Origin: Promethearchaeota archaeon
GTDB lineage: Archaea; Asgardarchaeota; Heimdallarchaeia; Hodarchaeales; Hodarchaeaceae
Direction of reading: 5' to 3'
DNA length: 64,000 nucleotides
Assembly: GCA_048938105.1 (NCBI GenBank)
Contig: JBHLMN010000022.1
Coordinates: 44,170-108,169 of the forward strand
Shown: in pieces, positions 9,931 to 20,400 of the stretch
Layout of the letters: each line of letters opens with the position of its first letter
Position numbering within the stretch: position 1 is the stretch's first letter
Made by a program: the position numbers and the translations under genes
Notes under the pieces: model-generated
The model's input: the letters and a program-made list of their open reading frames with translations, nothing else
What the model was told of the DNA's origin: nothing
The model's database searches: none

Positions 9931-11886
9931 TTATTTTCTTCTCTTGACAATTTCTTTATGTAGTATTAAAGCTGCAGTTATTAGTACAATGATAATCAAC
10001 CCTCCAATAACATTACTAGGATAATTATTGGCATCTTTTCTTGTGCCACTGACACTTGTACTAGTAGATTCCCCCAAGCTTGTGATAATAGTCGTATAAC
10101 GAGAATTATTGATTGTGAATGTATTGTCAGATGTATCAACATTCCAGATCCCTTCAGCACAGCTCACATTCACTTTGATCAAATAGTTGGTACCATCCGC
10201 TACAGTAGTAGTATCCCAGACATACCAGGTACTCGTATAACGCGATCCTAGCGTGACCCATGTAATCCCACTATCGAACGAATAATAAACGGAATAACTT
10301 ACTGAATGACCCCACGAATCAATACAATCTGTCCATAGAATCATGATTCGGCCTGAAAATGTCTCTCCACCATTAGGATACAACACTGTCAGACCAACTA
10401 TAAAGTGATTTTGAGGCCTATTCGAAGATGTGAGCGGATAGATATCTTGGTTATTCACTGAACCAGCAATATCATAGGGTTCATCTACAATACCATCAGT
10501 ATCATTATCTGGGGTTGTCCAGTCATTCCAAAAGTTAAAGGTGAAAATGTTACTTGAGCCATTATCTGCTGCTTGAGACCCCGTGGCAATGTTTCCAGAA
10601 AAATCATTGAATAGGACTCTATTATTATAAGAACCACCTTGAAGAGAAACCCCATATCCATAATTATTGGTAATGGTATTGTTGGATATTATACCATTAT
10701 CAGAGGATTCAAAGTTTATTCCGTAGCCGCTGTTATTCGCAATGATATTGCTAGACAAGGTACAACTGTCAGAGTCAGATATGCTAATTCCACTATCATC
10801 GTTGTTGGTAACATTATTATCGAACAGAGAATTTTCAGTAGAAGATCTCAGAGAAAATCCAGTTTTATTGTTGCTAGCGATAGTATTGCCAGAAAATACA
10901 TTACCATCTGAAAGATAAACTAGAATTCCAGCCCTGTTGTTATTACTGATGGTATTACCAGATAAAATGTTAGAAAATGAAAGATCAAGACGAATTCCGT
11001 CCTCTTTGTTATTGACAACGGTATTGTTAGAGATTCTAGCTGTAGAGGTGGCTAGACTAATTCCAGTTTCGTTGTTGTGAGCGACAATATTTTCAGATAT
11101 AGCAGCATTATCAGTGTTAAAAAGGCTAATTCCAATTTCGTTGTTGTGAGCGACAATGTTTTCAGATAAAGCAGTATTATCAGAGTTAGAAAGAGTAATT
11201 CCATCATCACCGTTGTTGTTGATGATATTGGTGGATAAAAGATTGTTAAAAGAGTTAGAAAGGCTAATTCCTTCCCTTTGGTTATAGCTAATAGTATTAT
11301 TGAACAAATGATTGTTAAAAGAGTCAGAAAGGTGAATTCCCTCCCAGTGGTTATTGTTAACAGTATTATTGAACAGAGTGATACGCCCAGAATGAAGAAT
11401 GTCAATTCCTCTCACGTTGTTCTTGGTGATTATATTATTGGATAATTGTCCATTTGTCACATTACCAAAATAGATACCATCTTGGCCCAGACAAAAAAAG
11501 CAGTTACTAATTCGAAAATGTATATTAGTATCTTGAATATTTATCAAATTATTTTCAAAGGGGCCTGTAATATTAAGATTACAAATAAGAATAGGAGACG
11601 AGGGGGTGCCATTACCAGGCCAATTATTTACTTTTGCTAGTGTAATGAAATGAGCATTCCCCTCAATCCAGATTGGAGAATGGGTTTTATATTGGGTTAA
11701 GACATACGAAGAGGTTCGAAGCTTGTTTACTGAAGCCGACCAGGCCAATCCGCATACTTCAGATCCAGAATAATTCCTTGATCTATCGAAAAACCAATAA
11801 TAAACTGTCACGGGGTAAATTAAGATTAAACTGACAAGACAGAACATACTAATCAGCGCGAAACTAGACTTACTAGCTCTTCCCAT
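9931..11886 (-). CDS. NosD/CASH beta-helix surface protein with PNGGE domain and TM anchor; paralog of 43241-44941
   Basis: WPGNGT motif, many 23-aa PbH1 repeats, NFWNDWTTPD, YPNGGE, TM + KRRK. Confidence 0.9.
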   Translation of the reverse strand: MGRASKSSFALISMFCLVSLILIYPVTVYYWFFDRSRNYSGSEVCGLAWSASVNKLRTSSYVLTQYKTHSPIWIEGNAHFITLAKVNNWPGNGTPSSPILICNLNITGPFENNLINIQDTNIHFRISNCFFCLGQDGIYFGNVTNGQLSNNIITKNNVRGIDILHSGRITLFNNTVNNNHWEGIHLSDSFNNHLFNNTISYNQREGISLSNSFNNLLSTNIINNNGDDGITLSNSDNTALSENIVAHNNEIGISLFNTDNAAISENIVAHNNETGISLATSTARISNNTVVNNKEDGIRLDLSFSNILSGNTISNNNRAGILVYLSDGNVFSGNTIASNNKTGFSLRSSTENSLFDNNVTNNDDSGISISDSDSCTLSSNIIANNSGYGINFESSDNGIISNNTITNNYGYGVSLQGGSYNNRVLFNDFSGNIATGSQAADNGSSNIFTFNFWNDWTTPDNDTDGIVDEPYDIAGSVNNQDIYPLTSSNRPQNHFIVGLTVLYPNGGETFSGRIMILWTDCIDSWGHSVSYSVYYSFDSGITWVTLGSRYTSTWYVWDTTTVADGTNYLIKVNVSCAEGIWNVDTSDNTFTINNSRYTTIITSLGESTSTSVSGTRKDANNYPSNVIGGLIIIVLITAALILHKEIVKRRK

Positions 11887-12019
11887 TCTCTTTCCCTATG
11901 AATTCATTCTATGAGTAAGAGAATATAAAGATTCACTTAATTTACTGTATTTTTTTTGGGATTTCCTAATTGGAAAGGATTAAGATAAACCCAATTAGTC
12001 CAATACAAATTCACATCAC

Positions 12020-12043
12020 ATCGATAGCTTTTCTGTCAGTTAG
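12020..12043 (-). pseudogene. Tiny relic of the Rab-like GTPase 3' region
   Basis: atcgatagcttttctgtcagttag resembles tcgatagtttttctgtcagttgg in the 45.3 kb and 25.5 kb relics; same position relative to the CASH paralog as at 45.3 kb. Confidence 0.45.
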
Positions 12044-12497
12044 TTTTCGCGTCTCTCATTTTCTACAATGAATTATTCCTTAGTTATAATAGCATTCTTT
12101 CTTCTTTCAAGGTTTAAGCAAGATGAAAGTTGAATTTTAAGGCGATTTTAATTTTATTGATACAGTCGTTTGACCAAGTTAATTTTATCAGTCGTCACCA
12201 TCTTTATCTAGGTTTAGTTTTGATAATTCAATGTCTGAATAAGATTAAAATATCGCGAAATCAGAATGACTACCAATCTTAGAACAAGTACCCCCAAATG
12301 AAAACCCAGACCACATACAGACTTATTTAAAGAGAAAGCAATCACAATTGACATTATCTTTTGCTAAACATAAAGCAATTTTAGATAGTAAAAATGTAAT
12401 TTTATCATCCAATTGGACTTTAATACTAAACTTCAATTAAAAAAGAGGAATAGTTTTATATGTGGAATTGAAAGGATAAGAAGTATTTTTTCACAAT

Positions 12498-13124
12498 ATG
12501 TTGTTAATGAGGATGGATAAGATGAGTAAGTTAAATAATGCAAAAAAATGGATAGATCCAGAAAAAACAGACATTAATTGGGGTACAACCCTCGTATGGT
12601 TACTCCTTATGATTTTTTTATGGGCAGTAGCACTGATACAAATCTTTGAATGGGATATTGCCATTTCTTCGGAAATTTTTCTTATTTTAACTGGAGGAAT
12701 TGGGTCATATTTCATTGGAAAAACAGCCAGTGATGCAGAAAAGGAAAAAAATCAGTACTACAACAAAACCGTTAAAACCACCTTTGGAATAAGGCCTAAA
12801 CTAGCGAGAACATTGTTGGCTCTTTCTCTAACTGTGATTTATCTTTATCTCCTAGCTTTAAAGATGACAACAGATGCAAGTTTAACAATTTTTATTGACC
12901 AAACAAAATATGAAACCATCAGCACATTATTTTGGGCTGTTGTGGGTTTCTATATTCCAACTTTCTACTCCTTACTCATGGGACACCGAGAGTTACCTGT
13001 CGATATCGAAACAAAAATTAGGGGCTTAAAAGATCAAGGAAAAGATGCAGGAGCCATACAGAAAAATTTAGCGGAAGAAAATATAACTGTTCCTTTGAAG
13101 ATGATATCTCAGTATCTCGAATGA
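12498..13124 (+). CDS. Hypothetical multi-pass membrane protein
   Basis: About four TM helices in two similar hairpins. Confidence 0.7.
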   Translation: MLLMRMDKMSKLNNAKKWIDPEKTDINWGTTLVWLLLMIFLWAVALIQIFEWDIAISSEIFLILTGGIGSYFIGKTASDAEKEKNQYYNKTVKTTFGIRPKLARTLLALSLTVIYLYLLALKMTTDASLTIFIDQTKYETISTLFWAVVGFYIPTFYSLLMGHRELPVDIETKIRGLKDQGKDAGAIQKNLAEENITVPLKMISQYLE

Positions 13125-13329
13125 ATAAAACAATCATTACTATTATAGAAAATAGCATTTCAAGAGGTAGAAGTCTAGAAATTTAAAATATTCACAAGTT
13201 CCTGGTTATAAGTAATTATATCAAATTGGAAGTACAGTGGCTCTTGAAAGAATCATTCAAGGTGACTGGGAGGAATATCTCCAGAATAAGCTCCCCACTA
13301 TATCAAACAAGTTATATTAAACAGGACTT

Positions 13330-13530
13330 GAGAACTTGAATAAGAAAAAAGGTGTCGGAGTAATTCTATCTGTAATGGGGATTATTCTAATGTTTATTAC
13401 TAGTTCTATAGAAAGAGAATTCTTTTCATTTGAACAATTTCTTTAGATATCATCTGGATTAATTGTGGGAATTGGTCTTTCTCTTCTTTTGAACTTTTCT
13501 TTATTCCAAAAAAAAGAAGGTAATTCTTAA
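13330..13530 (+). pseudogene. Decayed copy of the small membrane gene 6361-6561
   Basis: Colinear near-identity; GTG>GAG at the start and in-frame TGG>TAG at 13444-13446. Confidence 0.9.
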
Positions 13531-13547
13531 TAATAATAGTAGAAAAC

Positions 13548-13591
13548 TCGGTGATAAGATCGCTGGAATGATGGTCATAAAAGATCATTAA
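13548..13591 (+). pseudogene. 3'-end relic of the RDD gene
   Basis: tcggtgataagatcgctggaa...gtcataaaaga.cattaa matches 30392-30435. Confidence 0.8.
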
Positions 13592-13603
13592 CCCCCAGTT
13601 ATA

Positions 13604-13758
13604 GGAAAGATGACATAGGGTTACTCCTAGGAGGGGTCTCTCCAAGGAAGAATGCGAGATGAGGACTCACTCCACCTAAATATTGCATGAGTGCTTCTTT
13701 ACTCATGAATATTTCAATTGAAATTCATATATGGTCTTGTTTTTGTAATACCTCAATC
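13604..13758 (-). repeat. HerA 5' relic + full junction core (13664-13712) + GTPase 3' relic
   Basis: Matches 39242-39350 and the GTPase end near 53654-53693. Confidence 0.9.
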
Positions 13759-14092
13759 TTTCTTTTCTTTCCTGAATCCATTCAGTGCTCCGTTAAAAGT
13801 TGGTGAGCTTTACGATAAGTTTTTTTGTTTAAAGATTACGCTATATCCTTTTTTTTAATCCATTGACTCTTGTTTTTTTAACTTCCAACTCCAAATACAA
13901 TTAATACTCCCCCGAATCCTATAAGGAAGTAAGCTCTGAACCTCAGGATTATTTTGATGGGTTTCGTGTACTCAGAAAATAAGTAGCTAGAACTTGATTA
14001 GTCTAATTCTAGGTGAGGTTTTTAAAGTAGAAAAATGTCCGTAATAAAATAAAAGCTTGAAAAAACCAATTTGATATCATTTCGAGTAAGGA

Positions 14093-15484
14093 GTGAGAGT
14101 CTTCTCATTGAACAGAATCTATTTGTCATTCGTGGTAATGGTGAGTGTTTTAGCTACAATAATGGTTCAATATGATGACAGCTCGCTTAGTTGTGCTCAA
14201 TGTGTACATTGGAAACAATCACTTCCCCCCAAGAATAATGACCTGATTTCTGCCTCCTCTGAGATTGAAAATGAACTTTATAATGTAACTTTTAGGAATA
14301 ATAGTTCTTATGCAATAGAAGAAGGAAATTTGCTTATCTGTAATCAGTGTCAAGCACTTAACAAGAGTAATATCACTTTCACTGGAAATGGCACCCTTCT
14401 TATCAAGAATTCGTATCTTTATTATATTAAATTATGGGAAGACCTAGAAATCAAGGTCATAAATAGCACCATAGAATTCACGGAGATTGGCGGACATTCT
14501 AACGCCTTGTATCAAAATGTCCATTGTCAGCAAATCTTCTCGGAGGGAAATGCGACTATTATATTGATAGATTCTAAATTGTTAGCCAATGGGGATTCTC
14601 CGATCCCTGGATCGCCTTCTAGTGGGGTTTTCTTCCAAGCACAAGACTATAGTCGAATAATCTCAGCGTTTGATAAGAAAAACTGGAGTGGTGGACTTTG
14701 GGGAAAACCACGGGCAGGTATTATTTGTTGGATAAATGGTTTAAGTTATAATGAGACTGATACATGTTATTATTTGAGGGGGAAAGGGGAACATGGGGAA
14801 TTAGTTAAATTCGCATTCTACTTAGAAAGTATGAGTTATAGCAAAGTGTATATTTTTCTTGACAATGTTTTGGATTCGATGATAAGCATCCAGAAATGGA
14901 GAGGATCTTATCTATTTAATACATCAAAGTATGAAAACAGGAAATATACACTAAGGATCGTTATAAATAATTCTCACGCTGAAAATTCAATAAGGTTGGA
15001 AGTCAACATTGATGATCATCTCCTTACACGGCCGACAATTTTGACCCCTAATGGTGGAGAAATTTTATCAGGAGACGCTAAAATTCGATGGGAACCTATT
15101 ATTTGTTCTGCAGGGCATTTTGTCAGTTATACCATATCTTTTTCTAGGAATGCAGGATTATCCTGGTGGATAGAGGAGTCAGGTATATCTGATAACATGT
15201 ATGTTTGGGATACCTCCATTAGAGTCGATGGTTCAAACTATTTGATCAAAGTGAATGCGAGCTGTACTGATGACGCATGGGTAGTAGACACTTCTGATGG
15301 AATATTCCAGATCCAAAATACTCCTCCTCCTACGATTACGATTACAAATCCCGGAAGAAGGATCTCTTCTAATACAATTATCGATGGTATTCCTGTTATG
15401 CCTAGCAATGTTATTTCAGGATTATTAATTCTGGGGATAATAATAACTGTGATAATTCTACGAAAAATGATCGATCGAAGATAG
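14093..15484 (+). CDS. Secreted/surface protein with unrelated N-terminus and the shared PNGGE + PSNVI..TM C-terminal module
   Basis: Signal/TM at N-terminus; TPNGGE...YLIKVNASC...DTSD; PSNVISGLLILG tail like the CASH genes. Confidence 0.8.
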   Translation: MRVFSLNRIYLSFVVMVSVLATIMVQYDDSSLSCAQCVHWKQSLPPKNNDLISASSEIENELYNVTFRNNSSYAIEEGNLLICNQCQALNKSNITFTGNGTLLIKNSYLYYIKLWEDLEIKVINSTIEFTEIGGHSNALYQNVHCQQIFSEGNATIILIDSKLLANGDSPIPGSPSSGVFFQAQDYSRIISAFDKKNWSGGLWGKPRAGIICWINGLSYNETDTCYYLRGKGEHGELVKFAFYLESMSYSKVYIFLDNVLDSMISIQKWRGSYLFNTSKYENRKYTLRIVINNSHAENSIRLEVNIDDHLLTRPTILTPNGGEILSGDAKIRWEPIICSAGHFVSYTISFSRNAGLSWWIEESGISDNMYVWDTSIRVDGSNYLIKVNASCTDDAWVVDTSDGIFQIQNTPPPTITITNPGRRISSNTIIDGIPVMPSNVISGLLILGIIITVIILRKMIDRR

Positions 15485-15979
15485 ATATTCCAGCTACCTG
15501 GATCGATATATTCGTCATATCAACCCTCAAAGTGAGTACATAATCAGTAGTAAATCTCCCTCCAGTAAATATGTCCAAACCATTTATTCAGTAGAATAAT
15601 TCCAATGAATGTGGATATGAATACATCCGTCATGAAACCCAAAAAGATAATTGAAACCTTTTGATTAATATTTATCAAACTTCCAACCACTCTAGAATTT
15701 CTAGATTTCCCCCCATAAAAACCTTGATACAAATCTAATATAATACTAGTCTGGGATCTCTCGACTGGTAAGCTCCTCCTGACTCTCTCAGGGAAAAATA
15801 ATAATGAACTTTCATCTATGAACAAATAGTCATCCTCTAAGTAATAAGAATATTTACGATTTCAAGAAATTAACTACCCAAATATTTTAATAAGAGGAGA
15901 GGTCATTGATGTCATAGAAAATATATATCGATAGTTATAATATTGATATTAATTTGGAGGAGATTTTATCTTAACGAGT

Positions 15980-17125
15980 TTGAAATGGAGTCGAAAACGT
16001 AATTATCGTAAATACAACGTTTTTCTTACCCTACGGTTAACTTTGACTATTTCATTCTTTATAACAATAACAGTAATTCCTTTAACAAGCATATTGAGCT
16101 ACACTTCATCCAGTCTTATAACAATAAAAGAGCGTAGGTTTGAGGGAAATGAAGGAACAAGGATTACTACAAACTTGAACGATACTTTCTGGGAAAAAGG
16201 CCCCCCATTGCCAATCAATGATACAGGATATGCTCATGCCTATAAGGGGAAAATCTATTTTGTTGGAGGAAAAGCAGTTCAAAAATACGATCCCTGGAAA
16301 GAACAATGGACAGTGATAAAACAAGAAGGCTTGGGTTATCACCCATTTAGCGGTGATAGTGCCTTAATAGGTGATAGAATTTATATGGTTCATGGATGGA
16401 CTGATCGGAACACAACATATTATGATATATCATCAAACTCCTTGGAAAGTTTTAGTCATCCGCAAAAAATGCGGTTAGATGTAGCTGTTGCCGCTGTCGA
16501 TGATATTCTATATGTTTCGGGAGGATGGATTAGTGGAGGATCTGCTGTTAGAACAGTTGAAGCTTATAATCCTAAAACTGATAAATGGAGTTCGGTTCAG
16601 TCAATGAGTACTACTAGAAAGCAACACGAAATGGTAGCTGCTGGAGGATTTCTCTATGTGATTGGAGGGTACAGTGGATCAGGATATAGAACTCGGACAA
16701 AAACAGTAGAAAAATATGACCCATCAACTGATGAGTGGGAATATTTAGAAGATGTCCCAGCTTATTATACACAACATGGATCAACAACTACGCATGATGA
16801 AAGCATCATCATATCGAGTATCAAGAGGTCTACCCATGTTTATAATTCTTCAGAAGAAAAATGGGTTCTAGGGCCAAGATATCCAGAACATTCAGGTATT
16901 ATTTACTGGGCAAATTCTCTAACTTTTTTTAATGGTAAAGTATATTCTATAGGATTGCGTGATTCACCAGGAAATTATTATAATTCAGTTTGGATAACCA
17001 AAATCTCTGAACCGACTGAATCAGAACCTCAAAGTTCATCTTTTGGCTCTCTAACGTTCATTTTTTCTCTGATTATCTTAGTTTTATTTGTAAATAAGTG
17101 TTTACGATCTAACGAGAAAACCTGA
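15980..17125 (+). CDS. Kelch-repeat beta-propeller membrane-anchored protein
   Basis: IYFVGG, LYVSGG..VEAYNPKTDKW, LYVIGG..VEKYDPSTDEW; N- and C-terminal TM. Confidence 0.9.
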   Translation: MKWSRKRNYRKYNVFLTLRLTLTISFFITITVIPLTSILSYTSSSLITIKERRFEGNEGTRITTNLNDTFWEKGPPLPINDTGYAHAYKGKIYFVGGKAVQKYDPWKEQWTVIKQEGLGYHPFSGDSALIGDRIYMVHGWTDRNTTYYDISSNSLESFSHPQKMRLDVAVAAVDDILYVSGGWISGGSAVRTVEAYNPKTDKWSSVQSMSTTRKQHEMVAAGGFLYVIGGYSGSGYRTRTKTVEKYDPSTDEWEYLEDVPAYYTQHGSTTTHDESIIISSIKRSTHVYNSSEEKWVLGPRYPEHSGIIYWANSLTFFNGKVYSIGLRDSPGNYYNSVWITKISEPTESEPQSSSFGSLTFIFSLIILVLFVNKCLRSNEKT

Positions 17126-17188
17126 TGTTACTCACTGCTGAAAACTTGAATCCTTGAAGAGTTTCTAAACAAAAAATTATATGGCAGA

Positions 17189-17348
17189 TACTCAATCAGA
17201 TTTCTTTCGCTTATCTTTAACATAAATTGCCAGGACTGCCTTCAACACCACGTTCGTCAATTTCAAAGAGCTCAACAGCTTTGAACCTTTTATAACCATA
17301 ATTACGCCAGTTATAGGAAAGATGGCATAGGCTTACTCCTAGGAGGGG
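17189..17348 (-). pseudogene. NYN gene 3' relic fused to a HerA-5' variant relic
   Basis: 17189-17307 matches 28543-28678 with small deletions; 17307-17348 matches 13595-13636. Confidence 0.85.
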
Positions 17349-17477
17349 TACTATTAACAATATTATGTAAAATAATTGTACCATAAACAATAAAAGTTTT
17401 CAAACAAAAATATATTAGGGATGGTGATCCATAACTCAATAGCCTTTATATTATATGTGTCTTAGGAGGAAAAGAGG

Positions 17478-20400
17478 TTGAGATTTCTTCAACTGCGGAT
17501 GACATTCAGTTTAGCTTGGCGAAACGTAACTAGATCTAGATATCGGAGCTTTCTCTTGATACTAGGCATTCTCCTCACAGTTGCTTTAGAAACAGGGATT
17601 GCAGTAAGTGTAGATACACTTTATGATGATTTTTTATTAGAAAATAGAAATAATAATTATACTGATATTACTGTGAATCCTGTAACTTGGCAAGATTCAG
17701 CTAGTTTAGAGGTGTTAGCAAAAGAAGTCCGTCAGATATCTGGAGTCTCTAAAGCTAGTCCAGCTTTGTTTTTGAGTGTTAATCAATTTATATCGCAGCA
17801 AGTGTCTCAAAATGTACTAGTATATGGGATTGATCCCAAGAATCACCCAGATATGGCTCATTTAGATCTAATTTCAGGATCAAGAACTCTCCAGAGTGAT
17901 ACGATTATTATTTCAGAACATTTATCTACAGTGTCAGGATTCCAAGTGGGGGACTCTGTTGATCTATCTTCTATAAGAGATGACCTTAATATTCTCAGAG
18001 TAACCATAGGGGGGATAATTTCAGATAAATCTTGTATTGGTAATAAAATAGGCTTTCTTTTCATCCTAGTTGATTTTCAGACTTTATTAAGAGTCATTCC
18101 AGAGGGATTGAGGTCTCATATCTTAATACAGGAGATAGATGTCTCAGTGAAAGATCTCTTAAGAATAAATGGAATAGCAGAGAAGATTGAAGATAAAGTG
18201 GGCCTAAACAATTATGTTTTCGTTGAGAAAGATATTTCAGAAATTAAATCAGCTGGAATTCGTGCATACCAAACCGCCATGAATCTTGTGATCATAGCAT
18301 CTTTTGTCGTAGAATTTTTATTCATTACTAACATTCTAGCTATCGCTATTAAAGACAGGCAAAAAGAATTAGGTATTTTGAGAGCTACAGGAGCAAATTC
18401 TTGGCAATTCATCAAGTTTATAGGGGTAGAAGTTTTAATATACGCAATCATTGGGAGTACCTTTGGTATATTCGTTGGAATCGGGTTTTCTCAGATTTTA
18501 GTTGATTTCATGGACAACTATTATACAAGCATTGAGTTTCAATCCATTTCATTACACTTTTCATCAATATTCGCAACTTTCCTGTCAGGAATTATCGTCG
18601 CCTTAATTTCAGGGCTTTACCCCATATTCTTAGCCCAAACATTACCTGTGGTTCAGAATATTCATTCACGGATGACAACAGCTAAATCTCATAATATTTT
18701 CACAGTTACAATGTGGAAATACACAATAGGATCAGGAGTCTCTCTTGCAATTACTGCATTTATCTTACAGATCTTCATTGGCCCTTCTCGTTTTCTGGAT
18801 TTTTCCCTTCTTTCCGCTCATTTTCTAACAGTTGTAATGATTTTTTCAGGGACTCTATTGATAGAAATAGGAATCCTGGCGTTTTTACCTCGAATTGCTA
18901 TGAGAGTTCTTTTTTGGTTTGATATCATTACACGAACCATTTCAATTCGGAATATTGCTAGGGAATTTCAAAAATCGTTATTTACAATTATGACAGCTGC
19001 TTTAGCTCTAACTTTTATAATCATAGTAGGAACAGTATCTGCAGCAATCATTGAAGAAGTTCCCGATTATTTTCAGAGTCAATGGGGAAGCATCGACGCA
19101 ATAGTCGAGGCACGAGATGACAATCTCCTTCCCATCAATAGTACTCAGCTTCTTGAGAAACGAGGAGTCATTGCCAAAGCTGCCTTTATCCAAGAAACAC
19201 GGACTCAAATAGACTCAACAAATGGATATATCTATGGTGTTGATCCCACTCAATATAGCTTTTTTGCTGAACCCATATTAACCTCAGATTATGATCTACC
19301 ATCATATTTAATCCTAAATGCATCAACAACAAACACAATTAATGGCTTAGTCTCTCAGATTCTCTTTCAACAGTTACGTTCGCCGTTAGGATCTAGCGTC
19401 TTAGTCAAAATAGCTGATAATAGTACAGTAAATGTTACTCTGGCAGCAGTCATCAAAGCAAATATCTTCCTTGGAAGTGGAGAGTACTTATATATTAGTT
19501 CCGGTCATTTCCAAGATTATTTCAATTCTACAATGGCTAAATGGTTTTTATGTAAACAAAGTGGTGAATCAGCTTCCATTGAGGGAGCTATTAAACTTGC
19601 TCTTCCAGAGATAAAAGAAATCACAATGATTAATTCCATTGCTGAACTTGTGGAAGAAACATTGCTATTTCAATCGGCTATTTTTCAGGTTTTGTTTATA
19701 GAATCATTTGTTCTTGCAGCAATCGCCCAATTTGTTTGTATTCTCATGTCTACTTTACGTATGGAACGAGAAATGGGTATTATGCGTAGTCTTGGATTAT
19801 CGAAAGAAAAAGTGTTTTCTATTTTTATGTGTGAATCAACTGCTTTAGGTATTACATCTCTAATTGTTGGATTTTTAGATGGTTTCTTGGGTTCAATCCT
19901 TCTAATATGGTATATTTCTCAAAGTATTCCAATTACATTCTATTTACCTCTCGAACGCGTTGCATTTTGGGTTGGTGTTTCATTCTTAATTACTATAGCA
20001 AGTACAATTGTACCTTCTTATCGTTCAAGTCAAAAAAATGTAGTAGCAACTATATATGGAAGACCAATGAGAAAGAGCTATATAGAAAAAATCGAAGAAC
20101 CAATTTTCTTTGAAGAAGAGGAATTATTACCTCAAAGGAAGAGGAAAGAGGTACTCACAGTATATGATGAACCTAAAGAATATCAAACCTCCTTCCAAAT
20201 CGGAAAAAGCTTACTGAAGGCTAATAAACAAAAAATTAGGAATATCTTTGTTGTGTTATTGGCAGTATGTCTTTTAAATTATATTTTAGATTCTTATCTG
20301 CCTCACAGGGGCCTCATTCCTTTTGATTTGATTACTTCATCTTTTTTCTCTGGAGGGGATTTTATGTTTCAATATTATAGCATAAGAAAAAGATACCTGA

